A stretch of DNA of 64,000 nt from a bacterium (GTDB lineage: Bacteria; Vulcanimicrobiota; Xenobia; Xenobiales; Xenobiaceae), in contig JALHDH010000004.1 of the NCBI GenBank assembly GCA_022839105.1, forward strand, positions 2,062 to 66,061, in the 5' to 3' direction. The notes beneath the pieces were generated by a model. It was not told the origin of the DNA, ran no database searches, and saw only the letters and a program-made list of their open reading frames with translations. A program made the translations under genes and the position numbers. Positions 49,539 to 58,131 of the stretch are shown here, piece by piece. Numbering within the stretch: the first letter of the stretch is position 1; each line of letters opens with the position of its first letter.

Positions 49539-49754
49539 ATGGTACTTTCTCCCCTGGCCTGGGTCGGCGTGCTCCTGTACGTGCTCGTCTTCAATATCGC
49601 GATCCCGATCTACGTGGTCCTGCGTCTGTCCAGCCTGGACCACAACCTCGACAAGACCGTCCTGCTCCTGACGGTCCTGGCCAACAAGCAAGGGGCCACC
49701 CAGCAGGATATCGAGAATGCCCTGAGTCCCAGTCGCAAACCGGCTCGGGACTGA
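49539..49754 (+). CDS. Small single-pass membrane protein (71 aa)
   Basis: GGAGG SD; hydrophobic LAWVGVLLYVLVFNIAIPIYVVL. Confidence 0.6.
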   Translation: MVLSPLAWVGVLLYVLVFNIAIPIYVVLRLSSLDHNLDKTVLLLTVLANKQGATQQDIENALSPSRKPARD

Positions 49755-49813
49755 CTGTTCCCTTCACTTGAGGGCCCGGGAAGACGGGCCCTCCCGATTC
49801 CAGAGGAGCCCCC

Positions 49814-51799
49814 ATGTCCTTTTCCCTTGGCCTCCGGGCCTGGATCCCGGCGCTCTTGATCCTTGCCCTGGGGGCCAACCTGCCGGCCCTGGCTGCTCCG
49901 ACCCGCTCGCTGGTCCGCAAGGAGACGCGCTTCGCAGATTCCCCCGGCGCGAAGGAATTCCCGGGAGCCCAGGCCCTGTATCTCCTGGACGAGATCGGGT
50001 TCGAGGTCCTGCCCGACGGACACACGGTCTACACCGAGCACGACGCGATCAAGGTCCTGACCCCCGAAGGGGCCGCCTCCACTTCCATCCTGGCCAGGAC
50101 CTATCGGGCCGGGCTCGAGAGCATCGAGGTGGAGCAGGCCCGCACCATCAGCCCGGACGGCGAAGTCCTGGATGTCCCGGCCTCCAACATCCAGGACCTC
50201 CCCCTGGCCCCTGATTCCCCCCTGTACCGCGAGCAGAGGCTCTTCCGCCTGGAATTCCCGGATGTCCGTCCGGGCTCGGTCCTCGAGTTCCGTCTGCGGA
50301 CCCGGCGCTCCCCGCGACCTGACGGGCGCTGGTGGGGGGCCTCCTTCGTCCAGAACCTGGAGCCGATCCTCTCCTCCACCTTCACGGTTCGCGTCCCCCA
50401 GGACTCCAAAATCCACTGGAGCGCCCCCGGGGTCACGCCAGGACGTCCCCGTGAGAGCGTCCAGGACGGAATGCGCATCCTGCGCTGGGAGGTCCGCAAC
50501 GTCCCGGCCCTGGTCCCGGAGCCGGCGATGCCTCCGGTCGAGCGCTGCCTGCACCGGATCGAGGTCGGAAACCTGGACTCCTGGCAGGATCTCGGGGACT
50601 GGTTCGGACGCCGCTGGCAGGCCGCATTGGAGCAGGACCGGGGTCTGGACCTGGTGAGTGCGGGCCTCGTCCCGGCTTCCCGCCCGGCCGAGGAGAAGAT
50701 CCGGGCGGTCCTGACCTGGGCCGCCCGACGCTACAAGATCCAGGAGAACCTCTCGGACCCCTGGAATCCTGCACCCGCCAGCCAGGCGCTCCGGGCGCAG
50801 ATCCTCAGCCCCACGGACATGGCGCTCCTCCTGAGCGCCACCCTGCGCCGCCTGGGCCTGGAGGCCACGCCCGTCCTGGCCTCGAGCCTGCGCGAAGAGC
50901 GCCTGGAGCGAGAACTTCCCCAGCCCGAGAAGGTGGCCCGGGTCCTCCTGAGGATCGCCCGTCCCCGGGGTGGCTGGTGGTGGATCGATCCCGCCTCCCC
51001 CGGAGAACTCCTGAACTCCGCGCCAGGAGGAGCCCAGGGAGTGGGCGCCCTCCTGGTCCGCCCCGAAGGATCTGAGAAGATCTCCACTCCCGTCTCCTCC
51101 CCCGACGAGAACCTGCGGGACGTCGAGATGGAGGTCCGCATCGAGCCGGAGGGCCAGGCCGAGCTGATCATGTCCTTGACCTCGGAAGGGGCCAACGCCG
51201 CCCTGTGGCGCTCCCTGGAGCAGGAGCTGGCCGGTACTCCGGGCTCTGAGCGGGAAAGGCTGCTGGACCGGCTCTTCCACAGCCTGATCCAGGGCTTCGC
51301 GGTGAGCGGTCGGCTCTACTCGCACTACTTCCCCGAGAAGCTCGCCCCCGGGGCTCCCTTCCAGGTCTCGACCACCCTGGTCTTCCCCGAATTGGCGGCT
51401 TCCCGCGAGGATGGCCGGACTCGGGCCCTGCCCCTGCCCCTGTATGGCGGCGATCGGCTGGCCTCCCTGGCGGATTCCGGGGCCCGCCTCTTCCCGGCCC
51501 GCTTCGAGTTCCCGTTCCGGGACGACGTGCGGATCCACCTGGCCCTTCCGGAGGGCAGCCGGATCCTCGAGGTGCCTGCGGACCAGTCGATCCAGACGCC
51601 GCTGGGCTCCTTCTTCAGCACGACCCGCCAGGAGGGAAGCCACGTCTGGCTCTACAGTCGGCTGGTGATGCAGAGGACCTGGGTCAACCCTGAGGACTTC
51701 GAGGCGCTCCGCCGCCTGGCTCAAGCCCAGGCCGAAGTCCTGACGACTCCGCTGGTCTATGAGCCCCCGACCTCCACCACCGCCCAGGAGGCCCCTTGA
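49814..51799 (+). CDS. DUF3857 / transglutaminase-like / DUF3858-type exported protein; catalytic Cys apparently absent
   Basis: Signal peptide; FPDVRPGSVLEF; LSPTDMALLL at the usual GDCKD position; WWIDPA. Confidence 0.75.
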   Translation: MSFSLGLRAWIPALLILALGANLPALAAPTRSLVRKETRFADSPGAKEFPGAQALYLLDEIGFEVLPDGHTVYTEHDAIKVLTPEGAASTSILARTYRAGLESIEVEQARTISPDGEVLDVPASNIQDLPLAPDSPLYREQRLFRLEFPDVRPGSVLEFRLRTRRSPRPDGRWWGASFVQNLEPILSSTFTVRVPQDSKIHWSAPGVTPGRPRESVQDGMRILRWEVRNVPALVPEPAMPPVERCLHRIEVGNLDSWQDLGDWFGRRWQAALEQDRGLDLVSAGLVPASRPAEEKIRAVLTWAARRYKIQENLSDPWNPAPASQALRAQILSPTDMALLLSATLRRLGLEATPVLASSLREERLERELPQPEKVARVLLRIARPRGGWWWIDPASPGELLNSAPGGAQGVGALLVRPEGSEKISTPVSSPDENLRDVEMEVRIEPEGQAELIMSLTSEGANAALWRSLEQELAGTPGSERERLLDRLFHSLIQGFAVSGRLYSHYFPEKLAPGAPFQVSTTLVFPELAASREDGRTRALPLPLYGGDRLASLADSGARLFPARFEFPFRDDVRIHLALPEGSRILEVPADQSIQTPLGSFFSTTRQEGSHVWLYSRLVMQRTWVNPEDFEALRRLAQAQAEVLTTPLVYEPPTSTTAQEAP

Positions 51800-52680
51800 C
51801 CCCCCTGCTCTGCTCGGCCCCGGCCAAGTTGAACCTGGCCCTGGAGATCCGTGGGCTCCTTCCAGGCGGATACCATGAGCTGGACACCGTCTTCACCTGG
51901 CTGGAGCTCGAGGATCTCCTGGAAGTCCAACCGGCGGCGCGGACCGAGCTGGTCCTCCGGGACGAGATCGCCCGGGGCGCCCGGGTCCTGGCCGATGAGG
52001 AGAACCTGGTCATGCGGGCCCTGCGAAGCCTGGAGGACCAGGTCGGCCGGGAACTGCCCACCCGGTTGCACCTGGTCAAGAGGATCCCGGCCGGGGGAGG
52101 CCTGGGCGGCGGCAGCGCCGACGCCGCAGCCGCGCTCCTGGGGGTGGCCCGGGCCCACCGGCTCCCCCTGAGCCGGGGCGATCTGCTCCGCCTGGCCGCC
52201 CGACTGGGAGCCGATGTGGCCTTCGGCCTGGACGGTGGGACCGCCCGGGGGCAGGGGCGCGGCGAGATCCTCAGCCCCCTGCCTCCTCCACCCGATCTGC
52301 CCGTGATCCTGCTGATCCCGCCCTTCCCGCTGAGCACCCCCGAGGTCTACCAGAGCTGGGATCGGCTTCCCGACGCGGCCCGAAGACCGGGAAGAGGAAG
52401 CGTCGAGCGCGTGGTGTCCGCCCTGCCGAGCGGTCGGGCCGAGGACCTTCTCGAAGCCGTCGGCAACGACCTGGAGCCTGCCGCCGAGGCCCTGCGCCCG
52501 GAGCTCTCCGAGCTGAGGGCGAAGATGCTGCAGGCCGGCTGCTCGGTGGCCAGGCTCTGCGGCAGCGGCTCGACCCTCTTCGGCCTGCTGGGCTCCAACG
52601 GTGACCCGGCCCCCGTGGCCGCCCGCCTGGAAGGCCTGGGCCAGGTCCTGTGCACCCGCTTCCGGAGGTCCCCCCGATGA
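51796..52680 (+). CDS. ispE: 4-(cytidine 5'-diphospho)-2-C-methyl-D-erythritol kinase
   Basis: APAKLNLAL...GYHEL, KRIPAGGGLGGGSADAA, LGADVAF, NDLE, GSGSTLFG. Confidence 0.95.
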   Translation: MTPLLCSAPAKLNLALEIRGLLPGGYHELDTVFTWLELEDLLEVQPAARTELVLRDEIARGARVLADEENLVMRALRSLEDQVGRELPTRLHLVKRIPAGGGLGGGSADAAAALLGVARAHRLPLSRGDLLRLAARLGADVAFGLDGGTARGQGRGEILSPLPPPPDLPVILLIPPFPLSTPEVYQSWDRLPDAARRPGRGSVERVVSALPSGRAEDLLEAVGNDLEPAAEALRPELSELRAKMLQAGCSVARLCGSGSTLFGLLGSNGDPAPVAARLEGLGQVLCTRFRRSPR

Positions 52681-53459
52681 GCTTCCCAGACCGCGTCGAG
52701 GCGGTCCTTCTGGCCGGAGGACACCTCGAAAGCCTCCCCGAGGGCGAGAGCGCTCCTCCTGGGAAGGGCCTTCTTCCCATCGGCCCGCTTCCCATGGCCG
52801 CCAGGACCCTGCGCGCCCTGGTCGAGTCGCCTCGCATCGAGCGGGTGATCCTGGTCAGTCCGGTCGACCCCGGAAGCCTGGGACCCGAATGGGAGGGCGC
52901 CGACCAGGTGGCTCCCGCCGGCGCCGATCTGATCCAATCCCTGCGCGCGGGCCTGGAGTGCACCCGGGATTCCCAGGCCCCGGTACTGACCGTGGCCGGC
53001 GATCTGCCCTTCCTGAGCAGCTCGGCGGTGACCGACTTCCTGGGGAGATGCGCCGGACGGCCCGAGGCCTCGGTCTGGTACGGGTTCATGCGCAAGGAGG
53101 TCTCGGAGGAGAAGTTTCCCGGAGTGCGCCACACCTGGGCCCGACTTGCCGAGGGCACCTTCTGCGGAACCGGACTGGTGGCGCTGCGCCCCCAGGTGGC
53201 TGAACGCATGGAGCAGGCCCTGAAGGAGCTGGCTCGGGCCCGCAAGAACCCGCTGCGCCTGGCGGCCATCCTGGGGTGGCGGACGGTCCTGGCCTTCGCG
53301 CTGCGCCGCCTGAGCGTGCCCCTGGCCGAAGAATCCGCCCGGAGGCTTCTGGGGGTCCCCTGCGCGGGAATCGAATCCCCCTACGCCGAGACGGCCTTCA
53401 ACGTCGACTGTCGCGAGACCCTGTTGGAGGCCCGCCGACTGGCCACCCGCCTGGGCTGA
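52677..53459 (+). CDS. Nucleotidyltransferase family protein (NTP_transf_3/MobA-like)
   Basis: AVLLAGG...KGLLPIG, GDLPFL, FNVDC. Confidence 0.75.
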   Translation: MSFPDRVEAVLLAGGHLESLPEGESAPPGKGLLPIGPLPMAARTLRALVESPRIERVILVSPVDPGSLGPEWEGADQVAPAGADLIQSLRAGLECTRDSQAPVLTVAGDLPFLSSSAVTDFLGRCAGRPEASVWYGFMRKEVSEEKFPGVRHTWARLAEGTFCGTGLVALRPQVAERMEQALKELARARKNPLRLAAILGWRTVLAFALRRLSVPLAEESARRLLGVPCAGIESPYAETAFNVDCRETLLEARRLATRLG

Positions 53460-53580
53460 TCCCGGAACGACCTCGCCAAAGCCCCAGGCGGACTCGATCC
53501 TTTGTCCAGACATGTTGACTTGAGGCCGGGTTGACCTGATAAGGACATGAAGAGCTCGAGTCTTGAGGAGGCGAAACGCC

Positions 53581-54915
53581 ATGTACGTCGGTTCTGGCCA
53601 GGTCTACGGCCCACAGGGGGTCGGGTTCACCCTCGGAGGCCCAGGCCTTCCCATGGCGGCCACCGGATACCAGGGCCAATCGGGAGTCTCGTCCACCCTG
53701 CTGGGGGGCCCTTGGGGCGACGCCGGCTATAGCGGCAGCTTCGGGACCTATGGCGGGGCCTTTGCCGGCATGGGCACCATGGGCGAGATGGCGGGCTACT
53801 ACATCGGTGACTCCTACCTCAATCAGGGCGCGGTGGGCTCCAACTACTCCGACCACATGATGAACCTGGGTTCGGCGGTCTGGGTGGAAGAGGTGGTCAC
53901 CGAGACTCCCGGCAAGATGTGGGACGTCTGGTTCGACCATGTGGACGGACAGAAGACCACCCAGCGCTCGCCCATCGTCCTGGATCTCAACGGCAATGGC
54001 AAGCCCGACATCACGGGCGCCAACGTCCTGGGCAACGGAAAGATCGACGGAGCCACCGCGCTCTTCGACATCGACCCCACCAAGAGCAGTTGGGAATTCA
54101 AGAGCCTCCAGCGCCGTCCAGGCAACGGCGCTCCCAGCGTCCCGGGCGGGCGCTGGATCGAAGAGGACGGGCGCAAGCTGTACGTGGACAAGGACGGCAC
54201 GGTCCAGGGCGAGCTGAAGCGCACCGGGGCCGGAGGCAAGGAGGAGTACCACTGGGGCAAGCAGGAGACCCGCGAGAAGACCGAGTGGCTGGCCAAGAAC
54301 GGCGGGGATGGCCTGCTGGTCTGGGATGTCGACAAGGACGGAAAGATCACCTCCAGCAAGGAGCTCTTCGGCGAGTTCGACACCGATGGCAAGAAGCGCT
54401 TCGCCAACGGGTACGAGAAGCTGGCCTTCCACTTCGACAAGGACGGCGACGGCCTGGTCAAGGGCGAAGAGCTCGAGGGCCTGCAGATCTGGATGGACTC
54501 CAATGCCGACGGCAAGGTGGATGCGGGCGAGCTTCGCGAGCTTTCCGAGTTCGGGATCACCTCCCTGAACGTCGGGGACTACGACTCCAAGACCATGGAG
54601 GGCAGCTTCGGAGTCGAGACGCGCTCCCAGGAGGTTCGCAGCGCGGTCTGGGCCGGCTACAACGGGACCCAGGGTTCCCAGGGCGCCATCGGCGGCTCCT
54701 TCGGGATGGCCGTGGGCGGCGTGTACGGCCCGGGCGGCCTGAGCGGCTGGAGCGGCGGCTGGAATGGGACGGCGGAGACCACCGGGACCTTCCCCTCAAG
54801 CCAGTTCAACCTGGCCGAGCTGGTCAGCGCCTACCTCAAGGCCTGGAACCCCTCCCAGTCCGCCAACCTGTGGAACCAGGGCTGGGGCGCCGGTCGGGGC
54901 TACTCCTTCTGGTAG
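53581..54915 (+). CDS. Gly-rich protein with RTX-associated EF-hand-like calcium-binding domain
   Basis: SPIVLDLNGNG, DGLLVWDVDKDGKITSSKELFG, NGYEKL..DKDGDG, WMDSNADGKVDAGEL; GGAGG SD. Confidence 0.7.
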   Translation: MYVGSGQVYGPQGVGFTLGGPGLPMAATGYQGQSGVSSTLLGGPWGDAGYSGSFGTYGGAFAGMGTMGEMAGYYIGDSYLNQGAVGSNYSDHMMNLGSAVWVEEVVTETPGKMWDVWFDHVDGQKTTQRSPIVLDLNGNGKPDITGANVLGNGKIDGATALFDIDPTKSSWEFKSLQRRPGNGAPSVPGGRWIEEDGRKLYVDKDGTVQGELKRTGAGGKEEYHWGKQETREKTEWLAKNGGDGLLVWDVDKDGKITSSKELFGEFDTDGKKRFANGYEKLAFHFDKDGDGLVKGEELEGLQIWMDSNADGKVDAGELRELSEFGITSLNVGDYDSKTMEGSFGVETRSQEVRSAVWAGYNGTQGSQGAIGGSFGMAVGGVYGPGGLSGWSGGWNGTAETTGTFPSSQFNLAELVSAYLKAWNPSQSANLWNQGWGAGRGYSFW

Positions 54916-54966
54916 CCTGGACTTCTCCAGGCCCGAATCTTCCGGGGCCCGGGTCCCGGCCTGACC

Positions 54967-54990
54967 AGGCCCGGGGAAACCCGGGCCTTT
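54967..54990 (+). terminator. GNRA-capped 9-bp hairpin, probable terminator or stabiliser
   Basis: AGGCCCGGG-GAAA-CCCGGGCCT-TT after the stop at 54915. Confidence 0.55.
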
Positions 54991-55006
54991 GCACTTGGAG
55001 GCACCC

Positions 55007-56965
55007 ATGACAGAGCATCCCCTGGCCCGCCCCATGACCCGCCTGGTCAACATCCTGCGCCGCTCCCCATCTCCGGACTGGGAGGCCCTCAAACCCGCCC
55101 TGCTGGAAGCCGCCGCCTATACCCGGACCCTTCAGGCCAGGACCCGGAACGGTCTGCCCCTCCTGGCCGCAGCCCGGGGATTCGAGGACCTCTGCACCCG
55201 TGCCGAGACGGCCCTCTCCGAGCAGGCGGGGATCCTGACCGGCCTGGCCGAGGCGGTCCAAAGCCAGGACCCGGAGACCCTCGGCGCCCTGGTCGAGCCT
55301 CTGGAACGGGTGGCCGGGCGGGTGAGCCAGACCCTCGAGGGCCTGCGCGAGACGGCTCGGAGGATGCCCCACTTCAGCGACGTGCCGATCCTCGACGAGA
55401 TGATCACGCTGGCGCTGAACCAGCTCAAGATGGAGAAGGACTTCTCCGAGGATCTCCGGGCCCGCCTTCCCGCTCTTCGAGGCTTCCTTCAGTACCTGCG
55501 CCAGGTGGCCGGCCGCTTCCGCGATCGCCACCCGGAGCGGGCCGATCTGGCCGAGGGGCTCGAGGAGGTGACCGGATCGCTGGAGCAGGCCGCCGGAGGT
55601 CTCTTCCTGTACCTGCAGGAAGGCCAGGACCCGGTCGATCTCTCCCAGGCCCTCTCCTTGATGGACCGGGGAATGCTGGCCCTGGGTCGGATCTTCCAAG
55701 GGATGCGCGAGGTGCAGCACTCCGGACTGGTCTTTTCGGAGAACCCCGTCCTGGATCGGCTGGCTCGCTCCATCCAGGCCCTTCAGGCAGGTGAGCCCGG
55801 GCTGGCCCGCATGGAGGAGGATCTCGGGGAACTCACCCGATTCCACCAGGGCCTGGCCCGGGAGGCGGCCATCCTGGAGAGCGCCACCTTCATGCCCCTC
55901 TCCCTGCGCGACGAGTTCCTCCCCGGAATCTTCGAGCTCCTGGCCAGGATGGACGCCGAGCTGGATCTCCTCCATCGCCGGCCAGCGGACCCGGGGGACC
56001 TGGCGGAGGCGATCAACCGCTACCAATTCCTGGCCAGCGACCTGGACCGGATCCAGGCTGGTCTCGAAGAGCGACTGGCCAGACTCCCTTCCCTTTCCGG
56101 GGCTGGCCACTTCGAGGAACTGGCCGCCCTCCTCCACGGGGTCTACACGGGCTCGGTCCCGGATTGCCGCCTGGAAGGGAAGATCCAGGCCCTGCGCGCC
56201 CTTCAGGAGCAGTTCCAGTCCCAACTGCTCCAGACAGGCGCCCGGAGCGCGGAGGAGGCCGAGCATGCCCGGCAGGTCCTGGCGGCCCTGGCCGATCAGC
56301 GCCAGGCCCTGGATCTGGCCGAGGAATACCTCGGGTCGGGCCACCGGGACCTCCTGCTGGGCTCCTTCGAGGCGCTTCTCTCCCCGACCCGGGCCCTGAT
56401 CGAGCTCAAGAACCGGCCCGAGGCCCGGAGCGCCGCCTCCTCCCAGGTTTCCACCTGCCCGGAATGCGCAGGACACAACCCCCCGGACTCAAGCCGCTGC
56501 GGGCACTGTGCCCGGCCCCTGCCCTTCTCGAGCGCGTCCGGGTCCTCGGCCAGCCTGGATCTCTTCGACTCAGGGGCTCGGACCATCCCGGCAGGAGATC
56601 CCTCCAGCCTCTCGGGAAACTTCCGAAGACTGGTCGAGATCCTCGAGGATGCGGGCAACGGAAGGCTCCCGGCCCCCCAGGCCCGAGAACAGATCGCCGG
56701 ATTCCTGCAGACCCTCGAGCGGGCCGAGAACCAGATGCGCGAACAGGTGGCTCCCCTGGTCCGGAACGTCGAGGATCAGACCTTGTCCTCCTATCAAGAG
56801 GAGCTCGAGACCCTGGTGGCCTATCTGCGCGAAATCGTGGAGGCCGTGCTCGAAGCCCTGGACTTCGAGAATCCGACCGTCCTGCCCGAGATGCAGGCCC
56901 GATTGCAGGAGGTCGGCGAGGCCCTGGCCCGCTTCCATGAGGAGGTCACCCGGGCCGGCACCTGA
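55007..56965 (+). CDS. All-helical hypothetical protein with double zinc-ribbon motif
   Basis: CPECAGHNPPDSSRCGHCARPL; otherwise helical-bundle composition; GGAGG SD. Confidence 0.7.
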   Translation: MTEHPLARPMTRLVNILRRSPSPDWEALKPALLEAAAYTRTLQARTRNGLPLLAAARGFEDLCTRAETALSEQAGILTGLAEAVQSQDPETLGALVEPLERVAGRVSQTLEGLRETARRMPHFSDVPILDEMITLALNQLKMEKDFSEDLRARLPALRGFLQYLRQVAGRFRDRHPERADLAEGLEEVTGSLEQAAGGLFLYLQEGQDPVDLSQALSLMDRGMLALGRIFQGMREVQHSGLVFSENPVLDRLARSIQALQAGEPGLARMEEDLGELTRFHQGLAREAAILESATFMPLSLRDEFLPGIFELLARMDAELDLLHRRPADPGDLAEAINRYQFLASDLDRIQAGLEERLARLPSLSGAGHFEELAALLHGVYTGSVPDCRLEGKIQALRALQEQFQSQLLQTGARSAEEAEHARQVLAALADQRQALDLAEEYLGSGHRDLLLGSFEALLSPTRALIELKNRPEARSAASSQVSTCPECAGHNPPDSSRCGHCARPLPFSSASGSSASLDLFDSGARTIPAGDPSSLSGNFRRLVEILEDAGNGRLPAPQAREQIAGFLQTLERAENQMREQVAPLVRNVEDQTLSSYQEELETLVAYLREIVEAVLEALDFENPTVLPEMQARLQEVGEALARFHEEVTRAGT

Positions 56966-57057
56966 GAACTCGACCACTCCGTTCCCTTGTGGTAGGGTCG
57001 GTCCGGAATCAAGGCCCTCGCAGGAGGCTTTCGCGATCCCGCTCGAAGGGAGCCGGC

Positions 57058-58131
57058 ATGCCGCTGATGCCGAGACACTCGGTGGTCGTCCCGGTCTGCA
57101 ACGAGGCAGAGGTCCTCGAGGCCTTCCATGCACGCTGCTCCTCGGCCATGCGCTCTCTGGGCGACGAGTACGAGATGGTGTACGTCGACGACGGCAGCCA
57201 GGATGGCTCGTGGGAGATCCTCAGGAGCCTGGCCCAGGAGGATCCCCGCGTCTGCCTCTTGCGACTCTCGCGGAACTTCGGCCATCAGATCGCCATCACG
57301 GCGGGGCTCGAGTCGGCCCGGGGCGAAACCGTCACGACCCTGGATGCGGACCTTCAGGATCCCCCGGAGGTGATCGCCGAACTGGTCGCCGCCTGGCGGG
57401 GAGGGGCCGACGTGGTCTGCGCCGTGCGCCAGGAGCGGAGGGGCGATCCCTGGTTCAAACGCGTCTCCGCCAGCGCCTTCTACCGGCTGGTCAACCGGTT
57501 CTCGGACATCCCGCTCCCCGCCCAGACCGGCGACTTCCGGCTGCTCTCGCGCCGAGCGGTGGACTCCCTGCTCTCGATGCCTGAACAGCATCGCTACGTC
57601 CGCGGAATGGTCGCCTGGCTCGGCTTCGAGGTGGCGACGGTCGGCTACTCCAGGGAACCCCGGGCCGCCGGCACGACCAAGTATCCCCTCTCCCGCATGC
57701 TGGGGCTGGCCTCCGACGGGATCATGGCCTTCTCGACCCTTCCCCTCCGGGCGGCGAGCTGGTTCGGCCTGGGAGCGACCGGCCTGGGCCTGGTGGTGGG
57801 GACGCGGGTCGCCTGGGAACACCTGGCCGGCCAGCAGGGCCCGAGCTGGGACCGCTCCTTCCTGGCAGCGCTGATCCTGCTCGTGGCCGGCGGGCAGTTC
57901 CTGACTCTCGGGATCCTCGGGCAATACCTCAAGCGGATCCACACCGAGGTCCGAAGGCGCCCGCTGTACCTGGTGCGGGATCAGCGAGGCTTCGAGGAGG
58001 GCTCGGCGCGGATCACTCCGGGGGCTCCAGACCCCGGGCCCAATCCAGGCGGCTCCGGGCCCGCAGGACCTCGTGGCGGGCGGCGACCTGACTGGTTCGA
58101 GCCGCCAGCAGGTCCACCCGGGCCTGGCTGA
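57058..58131 (+). CDS. GT2 glycosyltransferase, GtrB/polyprenol-phosphate sugar synthase type
   Basis: SVVVPVCNE, YVDDGSQDGS, LSRNFGHQIAITAG, DADLQDPPE, TGDFRLLSRR, two C-terminal TM helices. Confidence 0.92.
   Translation: MPLMPRHSVVVPVCNEAEVLEAFHARCSSAMRSLGDEYEMVYVDDGSQDGSWEILRSLAQEDPRVCLLRLSRNFGHQIAITAGLESARGETVTTLDADLQDPPEVIAELVAAWRGGADVVCAVRQERRGDPWFKRVSASAFYRLVNRFSDIPLPAQTGDFRLLSRRAVDSLLSMPEQHRYVRGMVAWLGFEVATVGYSREPRAAGTTKYPLSRMLGLASDGIMAFSTLPLRAASWFGLGATGLGLVVGTRVAWEHLAGQQGPSWDRSFLAALILLVAGGQFLTLGILGQYLKRIHTEVRRRPLYLVRDQRGFEEGSARITPGAPDPGPNPGGSGPAGPRGGRRPDWFEPPAGPPGPG

Noticed and set aside
53515-53543. Repeated TTGAC hexamers upstream of the EF-hand protein as a promoter
   Set aside because: No acceptable -10 element at 16-18 nt spacing, so it is not supported.
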